From positions 2,339-66,338 of the forward strand of contig DHHB01000007.1 in NCBI GenBank assembly GCA_002403075.1: a DNA stretch of 64,000 nucleotides. The letters run 5' to 3'. Made by a program: the position numbers and the translations under genes. The stretch comes from a bacterium UBP1_UBA4783. GTDB taxonomy: Bacteria; Krumholzibacteriota; Krumholzibacteriia; Krumholzibacteriales; Krumholzibacteriaceae. Of this stretch, positions 9,169 through 20,854 are shown in pieces (position 1 is the first letter of the stretch; each line of letters starts with the position of its first letter). Under the pieces are notes generated by a model. That model did not search any database and was not told the DNA's origin. It saw only the letters and a program-made list of their open reading frames with translations.

Positions 9169-10533
9169 TCAGCACGGACGGCGGCGGCGCATCGCCTCGG
9201 CCATGAGCACGGCGCCCTCGATCGAGTGCGATACGGGCACCTGGTTGAGTTGAAAACCCTCGATGAGCATCCGGTACTTCTCGACGTGCGGCACGTACGC
9301 GACGAGCGGCTTGCCCTTCCTGCGATAGACCTGGCTCAGCCGCGCTCCCACGTCCGACGTGACCTCGGGGAGGTACGGGAGCAGAAGCAGGAGGACGCAG
9401 TCGATCTCCGACATCTCGCTCAACTCCCCCGCGACGATCACGAAATCGTCGTCCGTCGCGCTCCCGGTGAGATCGATCGGATTGCCGAGAGAGGCGATCT
9501 GCTGGATGCTCGGCGTGAGCTTGGCGCGGATCGCCGCCTGCACCGGCGCGGGGATCCGCGGCACGTCGAAGCCCGCCGCGGCGCACGCGTCGACCGCGAC
9601 GACGCCGTGGCCGCCGCTGCCCGTCACGATGCCGATGTTGCCGCCGATCGACGTCGGATAGCAGCTCAGGGACTCGCAGAAGGAGACGAGCTCGAACTCG
9701 TTCCGCGCCTCGGCGATGCCGAACTGGCCGAGGACGGAGGAGGTCACCGCGTAGTCCCCGGCGATCGAGGCGGTGTGGCTCGCCGCCGCGCGCGTGCCGA
9801 CTGCCGTCTTCCCCGATTTCATGACGATGACCGGCTTCGGGCACTCGCTCGCCTTGAGCACGAACTCGCGCCCCTCCCCGCGGTCGAACCCCTCGATGTA
9901 GAACGCGATGACGCTCGTCGCCTCGTCCGCGGCGAACCATTCGAGCAGATCGATCTCTCGGATCAGCGCCTTGTTGCCGATGCCGACAGCGCACGAGAGC
10001 CCGATCCCCTGCCCCGCGAACTTCACCATCTGGTCGACGAGGATGCCGCCGCTTTGGCTCACGATCGCGACCTTTCCCGGATCGGGCCTCACGAGCCGTT
10101 CGCTCGGCAGGAAGAACGTGTCGACGCGCTGCGAGAAGATCCCGAGGCAGTTCGGCCCGATGAACGGAAAATCCGCCTCCCGCGCGATCGCCGCGAGGCG
10201 GTCCTGCAGCTCGGTACGCCCGGTCTCCGCGAAGCCTCCCGACACGACGACCGCGCCGCCGACCTTCGCGGCGACGCATTCCTCCATGACGGACGGCACG
10301 AGCTCGGCGCGCACCGCGATCACGGCGAGGTCGATCCGCTCGGGAATGTCCTTGATGCTCGGGAAAACCCGCGATTCCCGATGCATTCCGCCCCGCGGGT
10401 TGACGCCGAACGTCTTGACCGGATAGCGGAGATAGTTTTTGTGGAAGATGACGTTCGCCGGATGCGAATCGTTCGTGAGAGAAAGTCCCACGACCGCCAT
10501 CGTCTGCGGCTCGAAAAGCGCTTTGAAATCCAC
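9169..10533 (-). CDS. ADP-forming acyl-CoA (acetyl-CoA) synthetase alpha subunit (CoA-binding plus CoA-ligase domains).
   Basis: VDFKALFEPQTMAVVGLS is the conserved N-terminus. SQSGG...GIGN and the active-site His region (ASHTASIAGD) are present. The start is assigned to GTG 10533, which has AAAGGA six nt upstream. The 150 residues further upstream in the ORF are low-complexity read-through. Confidence 0.75.
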   Translation of the reverse strand: MDFKALFEPQTMAVVGLSLTNDSHPANVIFHKNYLRYPVKTFGVNPRGGMHRESRVFPSIKDIPERIDLAVIAVRAELVPSVMEECVAAKVGGAVVVSGGFAETGRTELQDRLAAIAREADFPFIGPNCLGIFSQRVDTFFLPSERLVRPDPGKVAIVSQSGGILVDQMVKFAGQGIGLSCAVGIGNKALIREIDLLEWFAADEATSVIAFYIEGFDRGEGREFVLKASECPKPVIVMKSGKTAVGTRAAASHTASIAGDYAVTSSVLGQFGIAEARNEFELVSFCESLSCYPTSIGGNIGIVTGSGGHGVVAVDACAAAGFDVPRIPAPVQAAIRAKLTPSIQQIASLGNPIDLTGSATDDDFVIVAGELSEMSEIDCVLLLLLPYLPEVTSDVGARLSQVYRRKGKPLVAYVPHVEKYRMLIEGFQLNQVPVSHSIEGAVLMAEAMRRRRPC

Positions 10534-10666
10534 CTCGCATCCTTTCGGGGGCCGCCGGGCGACGCCGCGCGCCGAGCGGACATCGGGGATTAAATCATAC
10601 CGCGGCGCGGCGCGCAAGGGCCGGGGCGGCGTCCCGGGTGCGGCCCGAGCGCGGCCCCTTCCTCCG

Positions 10667-11065
10667 TCAGAATTGCCGCCGGAGTCGGACGCGGGCGGGG
10701 GGCGGCTGCGGGCGCTTCTTCCAGTAGCTCGCCGCGCCCGCGTCGAGGGCCCTTTCGAGCGGATCGCGCCGTGCGGCGCGGAACGCGAGGGCGATCGGGG
10801 TGACGACGAGGAAAAAGACGATCGAGAGCAGAAGCCGCGTGTTGAACCAGAGGAGCCCGCGGGCGACGACCGTCCAAACCCGATAGACGGGCCGGAGGAG
10901 GCGCGGGAGGAATATCGCCGCGAGCGCGAGCGCCCCCGCGATCCCGAGAAAGATCCCGAAATGCGGATCGTGCCCCCGCCAGAGACGGACATGGCTCACG
11001 ATCGCGAGCACCGTCGAGACGGCGAAGGCGAACTCCCTGATCTTCTTCGTTTCCTCTCTCGTCAT
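10667..11065 (-). CDS. SxtJ-like small membrane protein, the type that usually accompanies carbamoyltransferases.
   Basis: A 132-aa protein, MTREETKKIREF..., with 2-3 hydrophobic helices and a basic C-terminus. It sits immediately downstream of the carbamoyltransferase (stop at 11068, start at 11065). The size and topology are typical of SxtJ-family proteins. Family assignment is from memory. Confidence 0.5.
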   Translation of the reverse strand: MTREETKKIREFAFAVSTVLAIVSHVRLWRGHDPHFGIFLGIAGALALAAIFLPRLLRPVYRVWTVVARGLLWFNTRLLLSIVFFLVVTPIALAFRAARRDPLERALDAGAASYWKKRPQPPPARVRLRRQF

Positions 11066-11067
11066 CG

Positions 11068-12881
11068 TCAATCGAGCGCGAACTCCGCCCTCCAGTCGGC
11101 CGTCTCTTCGAGCTTCGGCTGCAGCGCCTTGTCCAGCAGGAAGGGTCCCATCACGAGGTAATCCATCTCCGTCCGCATGAAGCAGCGGTACGCGTCGTGC
11201 GGCGTACAGACGATAGGCTCCCCGCGGACGTTGAACGAGGTGTTGATGATCACGGCGCACCCGGTCCGCCTCCGAAACGCCTCGATCATGTCGTAGTAGC
11301 CCGGGTTGTCCTCGCGTCGCACCGTCTGGATGCGCGCGGAATAATCGACGTGGGTCACGGCGGGGATCTCCGAGCGCACGACGTCGAGCTTCCCGAGGCC
11401 TCGCGCGCGCTCGGCCTCCGGGCCGCAATCGACGCATTTGTCGCGCCGCACGCGCGCGGTGAGCAGCATGTACGGGCTCTCGCGGTCGAGATCGAAATAC
11501 TCCGAGACGCGATCCTCGAGCACCGTCGGCGCGAACGGCCTGAACGACTCGCGGTACTTTATCTTGAGATTCATGATCTTCTGCATCGCGGGCGAGCGCG
11601 CGTCGCCGACGATGCTCCGGCTCCCGAGCGCGCGGGGACCGAACTCCATCCGCCCCTGAAACCACCCGACGACCGCTCCGGATTCGCAGAGCGCGGCGAC
11701 CCGTTCGCCGATCTCCTCGCCGCCGAGCTTCTCGTGCGGATACGCGTTCTCCTTGAGATAGCTCTCGATCACCTCGTCCGGGAACGCGGGCCCGAGGTAC
11801 GAGGCACGCTGCGAGTCGCGCCCCCCGCGGAGAACGCGAGGCTTGTCGTACCGCTCGTGCCAAACGAGAAGCGCCGCCCCGAGCGCCCCCCCCGCGTCCC
11901 CGGCCGCGGGCTGTATCCAGAGATCCTCGAACAGCCCCTCCCGCAGGATGCGGCCGTTGCCGACGCAGTTGAGCGCCACGCCCCCCGCGAGGCACAGCCG
12001 CTTCATGCCGGTCTCCCGGTGCACGTGCCGGGCGATGCGGAGCATGATCTCCTCGGTGACCTCCTGAATCGAGCGCGCCATGTCCATCTCGCGCTGCGTG
12101 ATCTCCGCCTCGCCCGCGCGCGGCGGCCCGCCGAAGAGATCGGCGAAACGCTTGTTGGTCATCCTGAGACCCGCGCCGTAATCGAAGTATTTCATGTTGA
12201 GGCGGAAGGACCCGTCGTCCTTGAGATCGACGAGCTCGCGCAAGATGAGATCGACGTAGCGCGGCTCTCCGTACGGCGCGAGCCCCATGAGCTTGTACTC
12301 GCCCGAGTTGACCTTGAAGCCGGTGAAGTACGTGAACGCCGAGTAGAGGAGGCCGAGCGAATGGGGAAACCGTATCTCCTCCCGCAGCTCGATCCGGTTG
12401 TCGCGCCCGACGCCCCAGCTCGTCGTCGTCCACTCGCCGACGCCGTCGAGGGTCACGATCGCGGCCTCGCGGAAGGGCGACGGGTAGAAGGCGGACGCGG
12501 CGTGCGACTCGTGGTGCTCGGCGAAGAGGATCTCCCCCTGGTATCCGAGCTCGTCCCGGATGATCGACGGCACGAAGAGCTTCTCCCGGAGCCAGAGCGG
12601 CATCGAAGTGAAGAACGAACGGATCCCCCGCGGCGCGTAGGCGATGTACGTCTCGAGGATGCGCTCGAACTTGAGGAGCGGCTTGTCGTAGAAGACGACG
12701 GCGTCGAGGTCGGCGGCCACGATCCCTCCCTCGGCGAGGCAGTACCGGGCCGCGTGCCGCGGAAATTCGAAGTCGTGCTTCTTCCGCGTGAAGCGCTCCT
12801 CCTGCGCCGCGGCGACGATCTCGCCGTCGACGACGAGCGCCGCGGCGCTGTCGTGGTAGAAGGCCGAGATGCCGAGTATTC

Positions 12882-12897
<16 letters not shown>
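11068..12897 (-). CDS. NodU/CmcH-family carbamoyltransferase.
   Basis: The N-terminus is (V)[39 protein letters not shown]. The C-terminal half (MKRLCLAGGVALNCVGNGRIL...) matches Carbam_trans_N/C. GTG 12897 is preferred over the upstream ATG because the conserved N-terminus begins there. It overlaps the upstream peptidase gene by 16 nt. Confidence 0.85.
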
Positions 12898-14984
<2,087 letters not shown>

Positions 14985-15248
14985 GCGGCTCCTTTCCGTG
15001 AATTTTTCCGTTTCGAGACCTCGAGTATCCGACCGCTCCCCTTCGCCGTTCGAGGATCGAAAGAGCCGCGGCGCGGAGACACGTATTCTACATCGAAACA
15101 CCGCGGCATTGAAAGAGCTTTGCGCGGACGGCGGAAACGGCTCAGACCCCTTCCGGCCAGCGCCGTCGCGATCGAAAAGCGCGCTTGCCATCGCCCGGAG
15201 ATTGCGCTACTACAATGCCGACGAACGATCGAGCACGGAGGAGCTGAA

Positions 15249-16034
15249 ATGACCAATAACGAGCAAGAATCGCGCGAGGAGCGCCGCGCGAAGTTCATCG
15301 AAACGCTCAAGCGCCGGCAGGTGCTCGCGCTCACGGAGCCGCTCGAGCAGAAGCTCTCCGCATACCGCGCGGGAAAGCTTTCGGCCGAGGATCTCTTCAA
15401 GGCGCTGCACTGGCTTTCCGGCCAGAGCGAGAAGGTCCTCAAGCGCTACCGCAACCGTCCCGAGGTCGTTCTCGCCGAGATCGCCATGGACGAAAACAAG
15501 TTCACGACCGATATCGGCGACATCGGCGTCAAGGCGCGTCTCGGCGACGTTACGGCGCTCTTCGCCGACGCGATCGTGAATCCTGCCGATCCGCGAGGCG
15601 TCATGGCGGCCGGCGTCGCCGCGGCCATCAAGGCGGCGGGCGGAGGCGAGATCGAGAAAGAGGCGGTCGCCCGCTCGCCCATCTCGATCGGGAAGGCGGT
15701 CGCGACGACCGCGGGAACGCTCCCGATCCTCTACGTCATCCACGTCGCCGTCGCCTCGGAGCCGGGAGGCGCGAGCTCGCCTGAGAACGTTCGCGTCGCC
15801 GCGGCGGCCGCTCTCGCCCTCGCCGAGGAGCTCGGCGTCGAATCGGTCGCGATCCCCGCTCTCGGCACGGGGGCCGGGAAGGTGCCGATGGAGGACGCCG
15901 CCGCGGCCGTCGTCGAAGCGATCGCCGCCCACGAGCCGAAACGCCTCGCCGACGTCACCCTCGTCGCGCGCGACGAAGAGACGGTCGCGGCGTTCGTCGC
16001 GGCGCTCGAACGCTACGAGGAAAAGCACGCGTAA
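15249..16034 (+). CDS. Macro-domain (ADP-ribose-binding/processing) protein with a roughly 95-aa N-terminal extension.
   Basis: GDVTALFADAIVNPAD...GGGEIEKEA...YVIHVAV...ALGTGAGKVP are macro-domain hallmarks. The N-terminal 95 aa are charged and helical, with no recognisable domain. RBS GGAGGAG is followed 5 nt later by the ATG at 15249. Confidence 0.75.
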   Translation: MTNNEQESREERRAKFIETLKRRQVLALTEPLEQKLSAYRAGKLSAEDLFKALHWLSGQSEKVLKRYRNRPEVVLAEIAMDENKFTTDIGDIGVKARLGDVTALFADAIVNPADPRGVMAAGVAAAIKAAGGGEIEKEAVARSPISIGKAVATTAGTLPILYVIHVAVASEPGGASSPENVRVAAAAALALAEELGVESVAIPALGTGAGKVPMEDAAAAVVEAIAAHEPKRLADVTLVARDEETVAAFVAALERYEEKHA

Positions 16035-16036
16035 AA

Positions 16037-16069
16037 AAGCGGCCGGCGGGTCGCGCCCGCCGGCCGCTT
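16037..16069. terminator. Bidirectional GC-rich hairpin terminator between the convergent macro-domain gene and def.
   Basis: AAGCGGCCGGCGGG-TCGCG-CCCGCCGGCCGCTT forms a perfect 14-bp stem. An A6 run on the plus side reads as a U-tract for the minus-strand def transcript. Confidence 0.6.
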
Positions 16070-16091
16070 GAACTGTTCGCCGTTTCGAAAG

Positions 16092-16592
16092 CTACTTCCC
16101 CTCGGGCCGCTCGCTCCGCAGCGAAAAGCTCTTGTTCGTGATCGCCTGCTGGGTCGCGAGAATCCCCTTCAGGTGATCGATTTCGTGCTGCATGAGCGCG
16201 GCGAGCTTCCCCTCGAGGTACATGCTCTGCTTCCGCCAGCTCGTGTCGCGGTAGATGACCTTGCACCGGCGATAGCGCTTCACCTTGACCATGAGGTCGG
16301 GGAAGCTCATGCAGTCGTCCCACACCTCGACCTTGCGACGGCTGCGCAGCTTGATGACGGGATTGATGAGCACGATGGGCTGGTTCACGTGCATGTACAC
16401 GATCCGCTTGAAAACGCCGATCTGAGGCGCCGCGATGGCGCGCCCCCATCCGTACTCGTCCCGGAAATCGAGGAGCGTGTCCTTCAGGTCCTCGAAGACC
16501 GGCTCGAGCTTTTCGAGCTCGTCGCGCTCGACCTTTTCCGACTCCTTGTAGAGCAGGGAGTTTCCCAGCAGGAGTATGTCGCGCACCGCCAT
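16092..16592 (-). CDS. def: Peptide deformylase.
   Basis: The GRAIAAPQIG, CMSFPD (EGCLS-type) and QHEIDHLKG (HEXXH) motifs are present. It is 166 aa long. Confidence 0.9.
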   Translation of the reverse strand: MAVRDILLLGNSLLYKESEKVERDELEKLEPVFEDLKDTLLDFRDEYGWGRAIAAPQIGVFKRIVYMHVNQPIVLINPVIKLRSRRKVEVWDDCMSFPDLMVKVKRYRRCKVIYRDTSWRKQSMYLEGKLAALMQHEIDHLKGILATQQAITNKSFSLRSERPEGK

Positions 16593-16596
16593 GTCG

Positions 16597-18078
16597 TCAC
16601 CTCTCCGCCGCGGCCGGTTCCATCGTTCGTGACGCGGGGGGCTGCTCCTCGCGGCGCTCCTCGGGCCGTTTCCAAGGCGCCGGGTATGCCCCCGTCCAGC
16701 AGTAGAGACAGAGCCGTTCCTTGGGGAGGCCGATCGCCGCGACCATATCCTCGAGGGTCTGGTAGCGAAGCGACGTCACCTCGAGATCGCGCGCGATCCA
16801 CTCGACCATCCGCCGGTACCGGTCCGTTCGATGATCGACGTACGCCGACACGTCCTCGACGTCGTGCCCCTCGAGGTCGCGGATCGCGCGCCGCGCGGCG
16901 AGCTCGTCGAGACTCCGCGTCGAGAGGTTGAACCGGCACGGATACATGAGCGGCGGGCATGCGGGCCGCGCGTGCACCTCGCGGGCGCCCCCCTCCCAGA
17001 GCTTTCGCACGGTGTAGTTCTTGAGCTGGGTGCCCCGCACGATCGAATCCTCGCAGACGACGATCCGGTTCCCCCGGATGATCTCCTCGTTCGGGATGAG
17101 CTTCATCTTGGCGACGAGATCGCGCGTCTCCTGCGAGGGGGGCGTGTAGCTGCGTCCGTAGCCCGGCGTATACTTGACGAGGGGGCGGCGAAACGGTTTT
17201 CCCGACTCGATCGCGTAGCCGAGCGCGTGGCCGATCCCCGAATCGGGGATGCCGGAAACGAGATCGACTTCGATGTCGCGGTCGCGCCGCGCGAGCGCCG
17301 CGCCGCTGCGCTCCCGAACGACCTCGACGTTTATCCCCTCGTAGCTCGAGGTCGGGAAGCCGGTGTAGATCCAGAGAAAGGCGCAGGTGTTGTTCGTCTC
17401 GGCGCCCCGGCGCACCTGCGTGAGCCCGCTCTCCGTGAGGAGCACGATCTCGCCGGGCTCGAGGTACTTCTCGACGCGGAATCCGAGGTTGAGAAAAGCG
17501 CTCGTCTCCGTCGCGACGGCCCATGCGCCCTCGCGTCGGCCGATCGCGAGCGAGAAGTAGCCGAGGCGGTCTCGCGCGGCGTAGACGCCGTCCTCGTGGA
17601 GAAGCATCAGCGAGCACGAGCCGTCGATCGACTCGAACATGCGGTCGATGCCGTCGGCGATGCTCGATCCGCGCGTGATGAGCTTCGCGACGAGCTCGGT
17701 GAGGTTGACGTTGCCTCCCGCGCCGAACTCGCTGAAGGAGCCGCCGGCAGCGAGATAATCGTCCGCGAGGGCGCGGGCGTTGTCGATGAAGCCGTCCGTG
17801 GCGATGCAGAACGGGCCGAAGCGGGAGCGGATGTAGATCGGCTGCTCGTCGAGGGCGCTGATGACGCCGATCCCCTTCGTGCCGCGAAGACGCGCCCGGT
17901 CGTCGTGGAACTTCGACTTGAACTGGCTCTGGCCGATGTTGTGGATCTGCCGGACGAAATCCTCCCCGTACACGGCGAGGCCGCCGAACTGCGTTCCGAG
18001 GTGCGAATGATAATCGGTTCCGTAGAAGAGAACGTCCGAACAATCGGTTTTGGAAACAACTCCGAAAAGCCCGCTCAC
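16597..18078 (-). CDS. purF: Amidophosphoribosyltransferase-like protein (class II Gn-AT fold plus type I PRTase) with Ser in place of the N-terminal nucleophilic Cys.
   Basis: The GTG start has GGAGG six nt upstream. The N-terminus reads (M)SGLFGVVS where MCGI(V/F)G is expected. The PRTase motif VVCEDSIVRGTQ and the C-terminal Cys cluster are present. Confidence 0.75.
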   Translation of the reverse strand: MSGLFGVVSKTDCSDVLFYGTDYHSHLGTQFGGLAVYGEDFVRQIHNIGQSQFKSKFHDDRARLRGTKGIGVISALDEQPIYIRSRFGPFCIATDGFIDNARALADDYLAAGGSFSEFGAGGNVNLTELVAKLITRGSSIADGIDRMFESIDGSCSLMLLHEDGVYAARDRLGYFSLAIGRREGAWAVATETSAFLNLGFRVEKYLEPGEIVLLTESGLTQVRRGAETNNTCAFLWIYTGFPTSSYEGINVEVVRERSGAALARRDRDIEVDLVSGIPDSGIGHALGYAIESGKPFRRPLVKYTPGYGRSYTPPSQETRDLVAKMKLIPNEEIIRGNRIVVCEDSIVRGTQLKNYTVRKLWEGGAREVHARPACPPLMYPCRFNLSTRSLDELAARRAIRDLEGHDVEDVSAYVDHRTDRYRRMVEWIARDLEVTSLRYQTLEDMVAAIGLPKERLCLYCWTGAYPAPWKRPEERREEQPPASRTMEPAAAER

Positions 18079-18258
18079 GATGTTCCTCCAGTTGTGCGGA
18101 AGTGTGGGTGCGGGCGCGAAGCGCCGGCTACCCGCACATCATAGCGATTCGAGGCGCCGGGCTCAACGATAAATAATGCTTGTTGCGGCGAAAATCGAGC
18201 CTGTAGAGTGGTCGCCGGCGCCGGGACGTCGGCGGAGACGCCCCGGCGGCATCGAACC

Positions 18259-19809
18259 ATGTGGAAAACGATTGAAACGAAAAGCGGCGACGCCGCTTGC
18301 GCTCTTCCCGCGCGGGACTTCCCGCCGCGGCGGACGATCTATCTCGCGCTCCTCTTCCTCTGCCTTCTCTCGTATAGAGGCGTTCTCGACAACTGGCTCT
18401 TCAACGACGACCTCTCGTGGCTCCGCGCCGCGCGGCTCGAGATGGCGCCCGGGAACCTTCTCACGTACCGCGTCGTCGACTTCTTCCGTCCGCTCGTGAA
18501 CCTCTCGTTCTGGCTCATGGAAAAGGCCTCGCCGGGGAACGTCGCGCTGCACTACGGTTTCAACGTCGTTCTCCACGCGCTCTGCACGATCCTCTACTTC
18601 CATCTTCTCGCGAAGCTCCTCGGAAGCGTCCGCGTCGCCTTCGCGGCGGCGGCGCTCTTCGCCGTCACGAGCGTGCACGCGGCTGCGGTATTCTGGATCA
18701 GCGCCCGGACGACGCTCCTCTCGACGGCGTTCCTGCTCGCCGCCCTCCTCGCGCTCCTCTCGAAGCGGCGCGCGGGGCCCCTCCGCGCCGCCGGAGCGTG
18801 CGCCCTCTACGGCCTCGCGCTCGCGTCGAAGGAAGAGGCGATCGCGGGGCTCCTCCTCGTCTCTCTCGTCTGGGCGCTCGCGCGCGGGAGAACGGACGGA
18901 CCGCGGATCGACGGCCGGGCGCTCGCTGCGCTCGCCGCGGTCTCGGCCCTGTATCTCCTCCTGCGCCACGCCTTCATGGGCGGATTCTTCAGGGAAAACT
19001 GGGGGCCCGGCGCCCACGCCCTCCGGAACGTCGCGGGCGGATTTCTCTATCAGCTCTATCCGTGGCCCTTCTTCTCCCTGCTCCATCCCGCGGGCACGAA
19101 TATCCCCGAGCCCGCAGGAGCCCTCATGCCGGAGATCCTCGCCGTGCCGCTCGCCGCGCTCCTCGTCCTCGCTGGCCGCGCAGCGCGCAGATCGTTCGCC
19201 ATGAACGTCGCCGTGGCGTGGGGGTTTCTCGCGCTCGCGCCGGCGGCCCTCTTCCGCTACCGTTTCTTCTCGACGGTCTCGTTCAGCCAGAGCCGCTACT
19301 ACTACCTCTCGTCGGCCGGAACCGCGCTCGCCGTCGTCATCCTCCTCTCGATGATCTGGCGCGGACGTTCGCGTGCGCGGCAGGCGCTCGCCGGGGCCCT
19401 GTTCCTCTTCATCGCGGCGGGATACGTGGAGCGAACGCACCGCCTCGAACGCAAGTGGGACGAGTTCACGGGGTATTACCGCGAGATCGTCGCCGCGGTC
19501 GTCGAGGAGAGCGACGCGCGACCCGACGCGAAGACCATCGCGGTCGAGAATCCGCCGATGGCGTTCGACTATCTCGCCGACGCGATCGTTCTCGAGCGCC
19601 CGGACCGGACCGTCGTCGCCGCAGCGTCCCGGGAGGAGGCCGAGAAGCACGCGCCGTGCCTCTACATATCGTATTCGGGGGAGTCGCCGAAGGTCATGCG
19701 CGTCGAGAGGATCGACCGGCCGGCCGGAGCCGGCGGGGCGGGCGGCGACAGGAGCGGCGGCGAGAGCGGCGAAGCGGGCGCCGCCGGGGGAGGCGGAGCG
19801 TCTCCATGA
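18259..19809 (+). CDS. Polytopic inner-membrane protein, possibly a GT-C-fold (ArnT/PMT-like) glycosyltransferase, with a Gly/Ala-rich C-terminal tail.
   Basis: About 11 predicted TM helices followed by a roughly 150-aa soluble domain. There is no catalytic motif I can name. The start could be 18208 or 18259. Confidence 0.4.
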   Translation: MWKTIETKSGDAACALPARDFPPRRTIYLALLFLCLLSYRGVLDNWLFNDDLSWLRAARLEMAPGNLLTYRVVDFFRPLVNLSFWLMEKASPGNVALHYGFNVVLHALCTILYFHLLAKLLGSVRVAFAAAALFAVTSVHAAAVFWISARTTLLSTAFLLAALLALLSKRRAGPLRAAGACALYGLALASKEEAIAGLLLVSLVWALARGRTDGPRIDGRALAALAAVSALYLLLRHAFMGGFFRENWGPGAHALRNVAGGFLYQLYPWPFFSLLHPAGTNIPEPAGALMPEILAVPLAALLVLAGRAARRSFAMNVAVAWGFLALAPAALFRYRFFSTVSFSQSRYYYLSSAGTALAVVILLSMIWRGRSRARQALAGALFLFIAAGYVERTHRLERKWDEFTGYYREIVAAVVEESDARPDAKTIAVENPPMAFDYLADAIVLERPDRTVVAAASREEAEKHAPCLYISYSGESPKVMRVERIDRPAGAGGAGGDRSGGESGEAGAAGGGGASP

Positions 19810-20840
19810 AACGCATCGACGTCACGAGAAACTGGCAGGGATCGCGGCTCGACCGCTTCGTCCGGGCGCACATCCCCGGCACGCCCTTCGGCGTTATCCA
19901 GATACTGCTCCGGAAGGGGCTCATTTACCTCAACGGCGAGCGCGCGAGCGGCGCGGCGCGCGTCAAGGGCGGAGACGTCGTCTCGATCGACATCGCCGAG
20001 TCCGACGAAGCCTCACCGCCTCCCGCGACGAAGCCGAAGCGGGGCCCGGGAAAAAGGGCCGTGAAACCTCCCGCTGGCGAGGCGGCCGCGGCCGGCAAAA
20101 CGCTCCGTCCCGCAGCCGCCATCGGGCGGGAGATCCGCGTGCTTCACGAGGACGACGAGGTGCTCGTCATAGACAAACCGGCGGGCGTCGTCGTCCAGCC
20201 CGGGAACCGCGCGGAGCGCGGATCGCTCCTCGATTCGCTCGAGGAATACCGGCGGCGAAGCGCGCGGACGAGGGCCCGCGGCCGAGCGACCTCCGCCGGG
20301 GACTCACCGCCGGGAACGATCGAGGAGCCTCCCTTCCCCTATACGCCGGTGCATCGCCTCGACCGCGACACAAGCGGCGCGCTCGTCGTCGCGAAGACCC
20401 GGCCCGCGGCGCGGGCCCTCACGAGGGCATTCGCGCGCCGCGGCGTGCACAAGATATATCTCGCCGTCGTCGAAGGCGTCCCGGCCGAAGAGGAGGGCAC
20501 GATCGACTCGCCGGTCGCCGTCGCGAAGGGCGCGCGCTCCCACGCCTCGCCGTCGCCCGCCGGCGCGAAAGCGATAACGCACTATTCGACGATCCGAAAG
20601 CTCCGCGGCGGGAGGGCGCTCCTCCGGATCACGATCGAGACCGGCCGCACGCACCAGATCAGGGCCCATCTCGCCTCGATCGGCCACCCGGTCGCCGGGG
20701 ACGCGGAATACGGCGCCGCGCCCGCCGGCCGAAGCGGCCGTTTCCTTCTGCACGCGTGGATGATATACTTCCCCCATCCGTCGACGGGCGAGATGCTGCT
20801 CTGCACGGCGCCGCCGCCGGCGGATATTCCGGCCGCCTAA
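19806..20840 (+). CDS. RluA-family pseudouridine synthase with an N-terminal S4 domain and a long low-complexity insertion.
   Basis: ATGA overlap with the upstream stop. The S4-like N-terminus is present (ILLRKGLIYLNGERA). The catalytic motif HRLDRDTSGALVVAKT and GRTHQIRAHLASIGHPVAGD are present. A roughly 60-aa Pro/Ala/Lys-rich insert separates S4 from the catalytic domain. Confidence 0.85.
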   Translation: MKRIDVTRNWQGSRLDRFVRAHIPGTPFGVIQILLRKGLIYLNGERASGAARVKGGDVVSIDIAESDEASPPPATKPKRGPGKRAVKPPAGEAAAAGKTLRPAAAIGREIRVLHEDDEVLVIDKPAGVVVQPGNRAERGSLLDSLEEYRRRSARTRARGRATSAGDSPPGTIEEPPFPYTPVHRLDRDTSGALVVAKTRPAARALTRAFARRGVHKIYLAVVEGVPAEEEGTIDSPVAVAKGARSHASPSPAGAKAITHYSTIRKLRGGRALLRITIETGRTHQIRAHLASIGHPVAGDAEYGAAPAGRSGRFLLHAWMIYFPHPSTGEMLLCTAPPPADIPAA

Positions 20841-20854
20841 ACGAGGAGGACGCA

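Noticed and set aside
9169-10992. The 607-aa form of the acyl-CoA synthetase alpha ORF and the 705-aa form of the beta ORF.
   Set aside because: The long N-terminal extensions are Ser/Arg/Gly low-complexity read-through. The conserved N-termini and RBS positions support the shorter genes at 9169..10533 and roughly 8423..9118.
15205-15224. sigma70 promoter (TACAAT) upstream of the macro-domain gene.
   Set aside because: The -10-like hexamer lacks a convincing -35 at proper spacing, so it is too weak to call.
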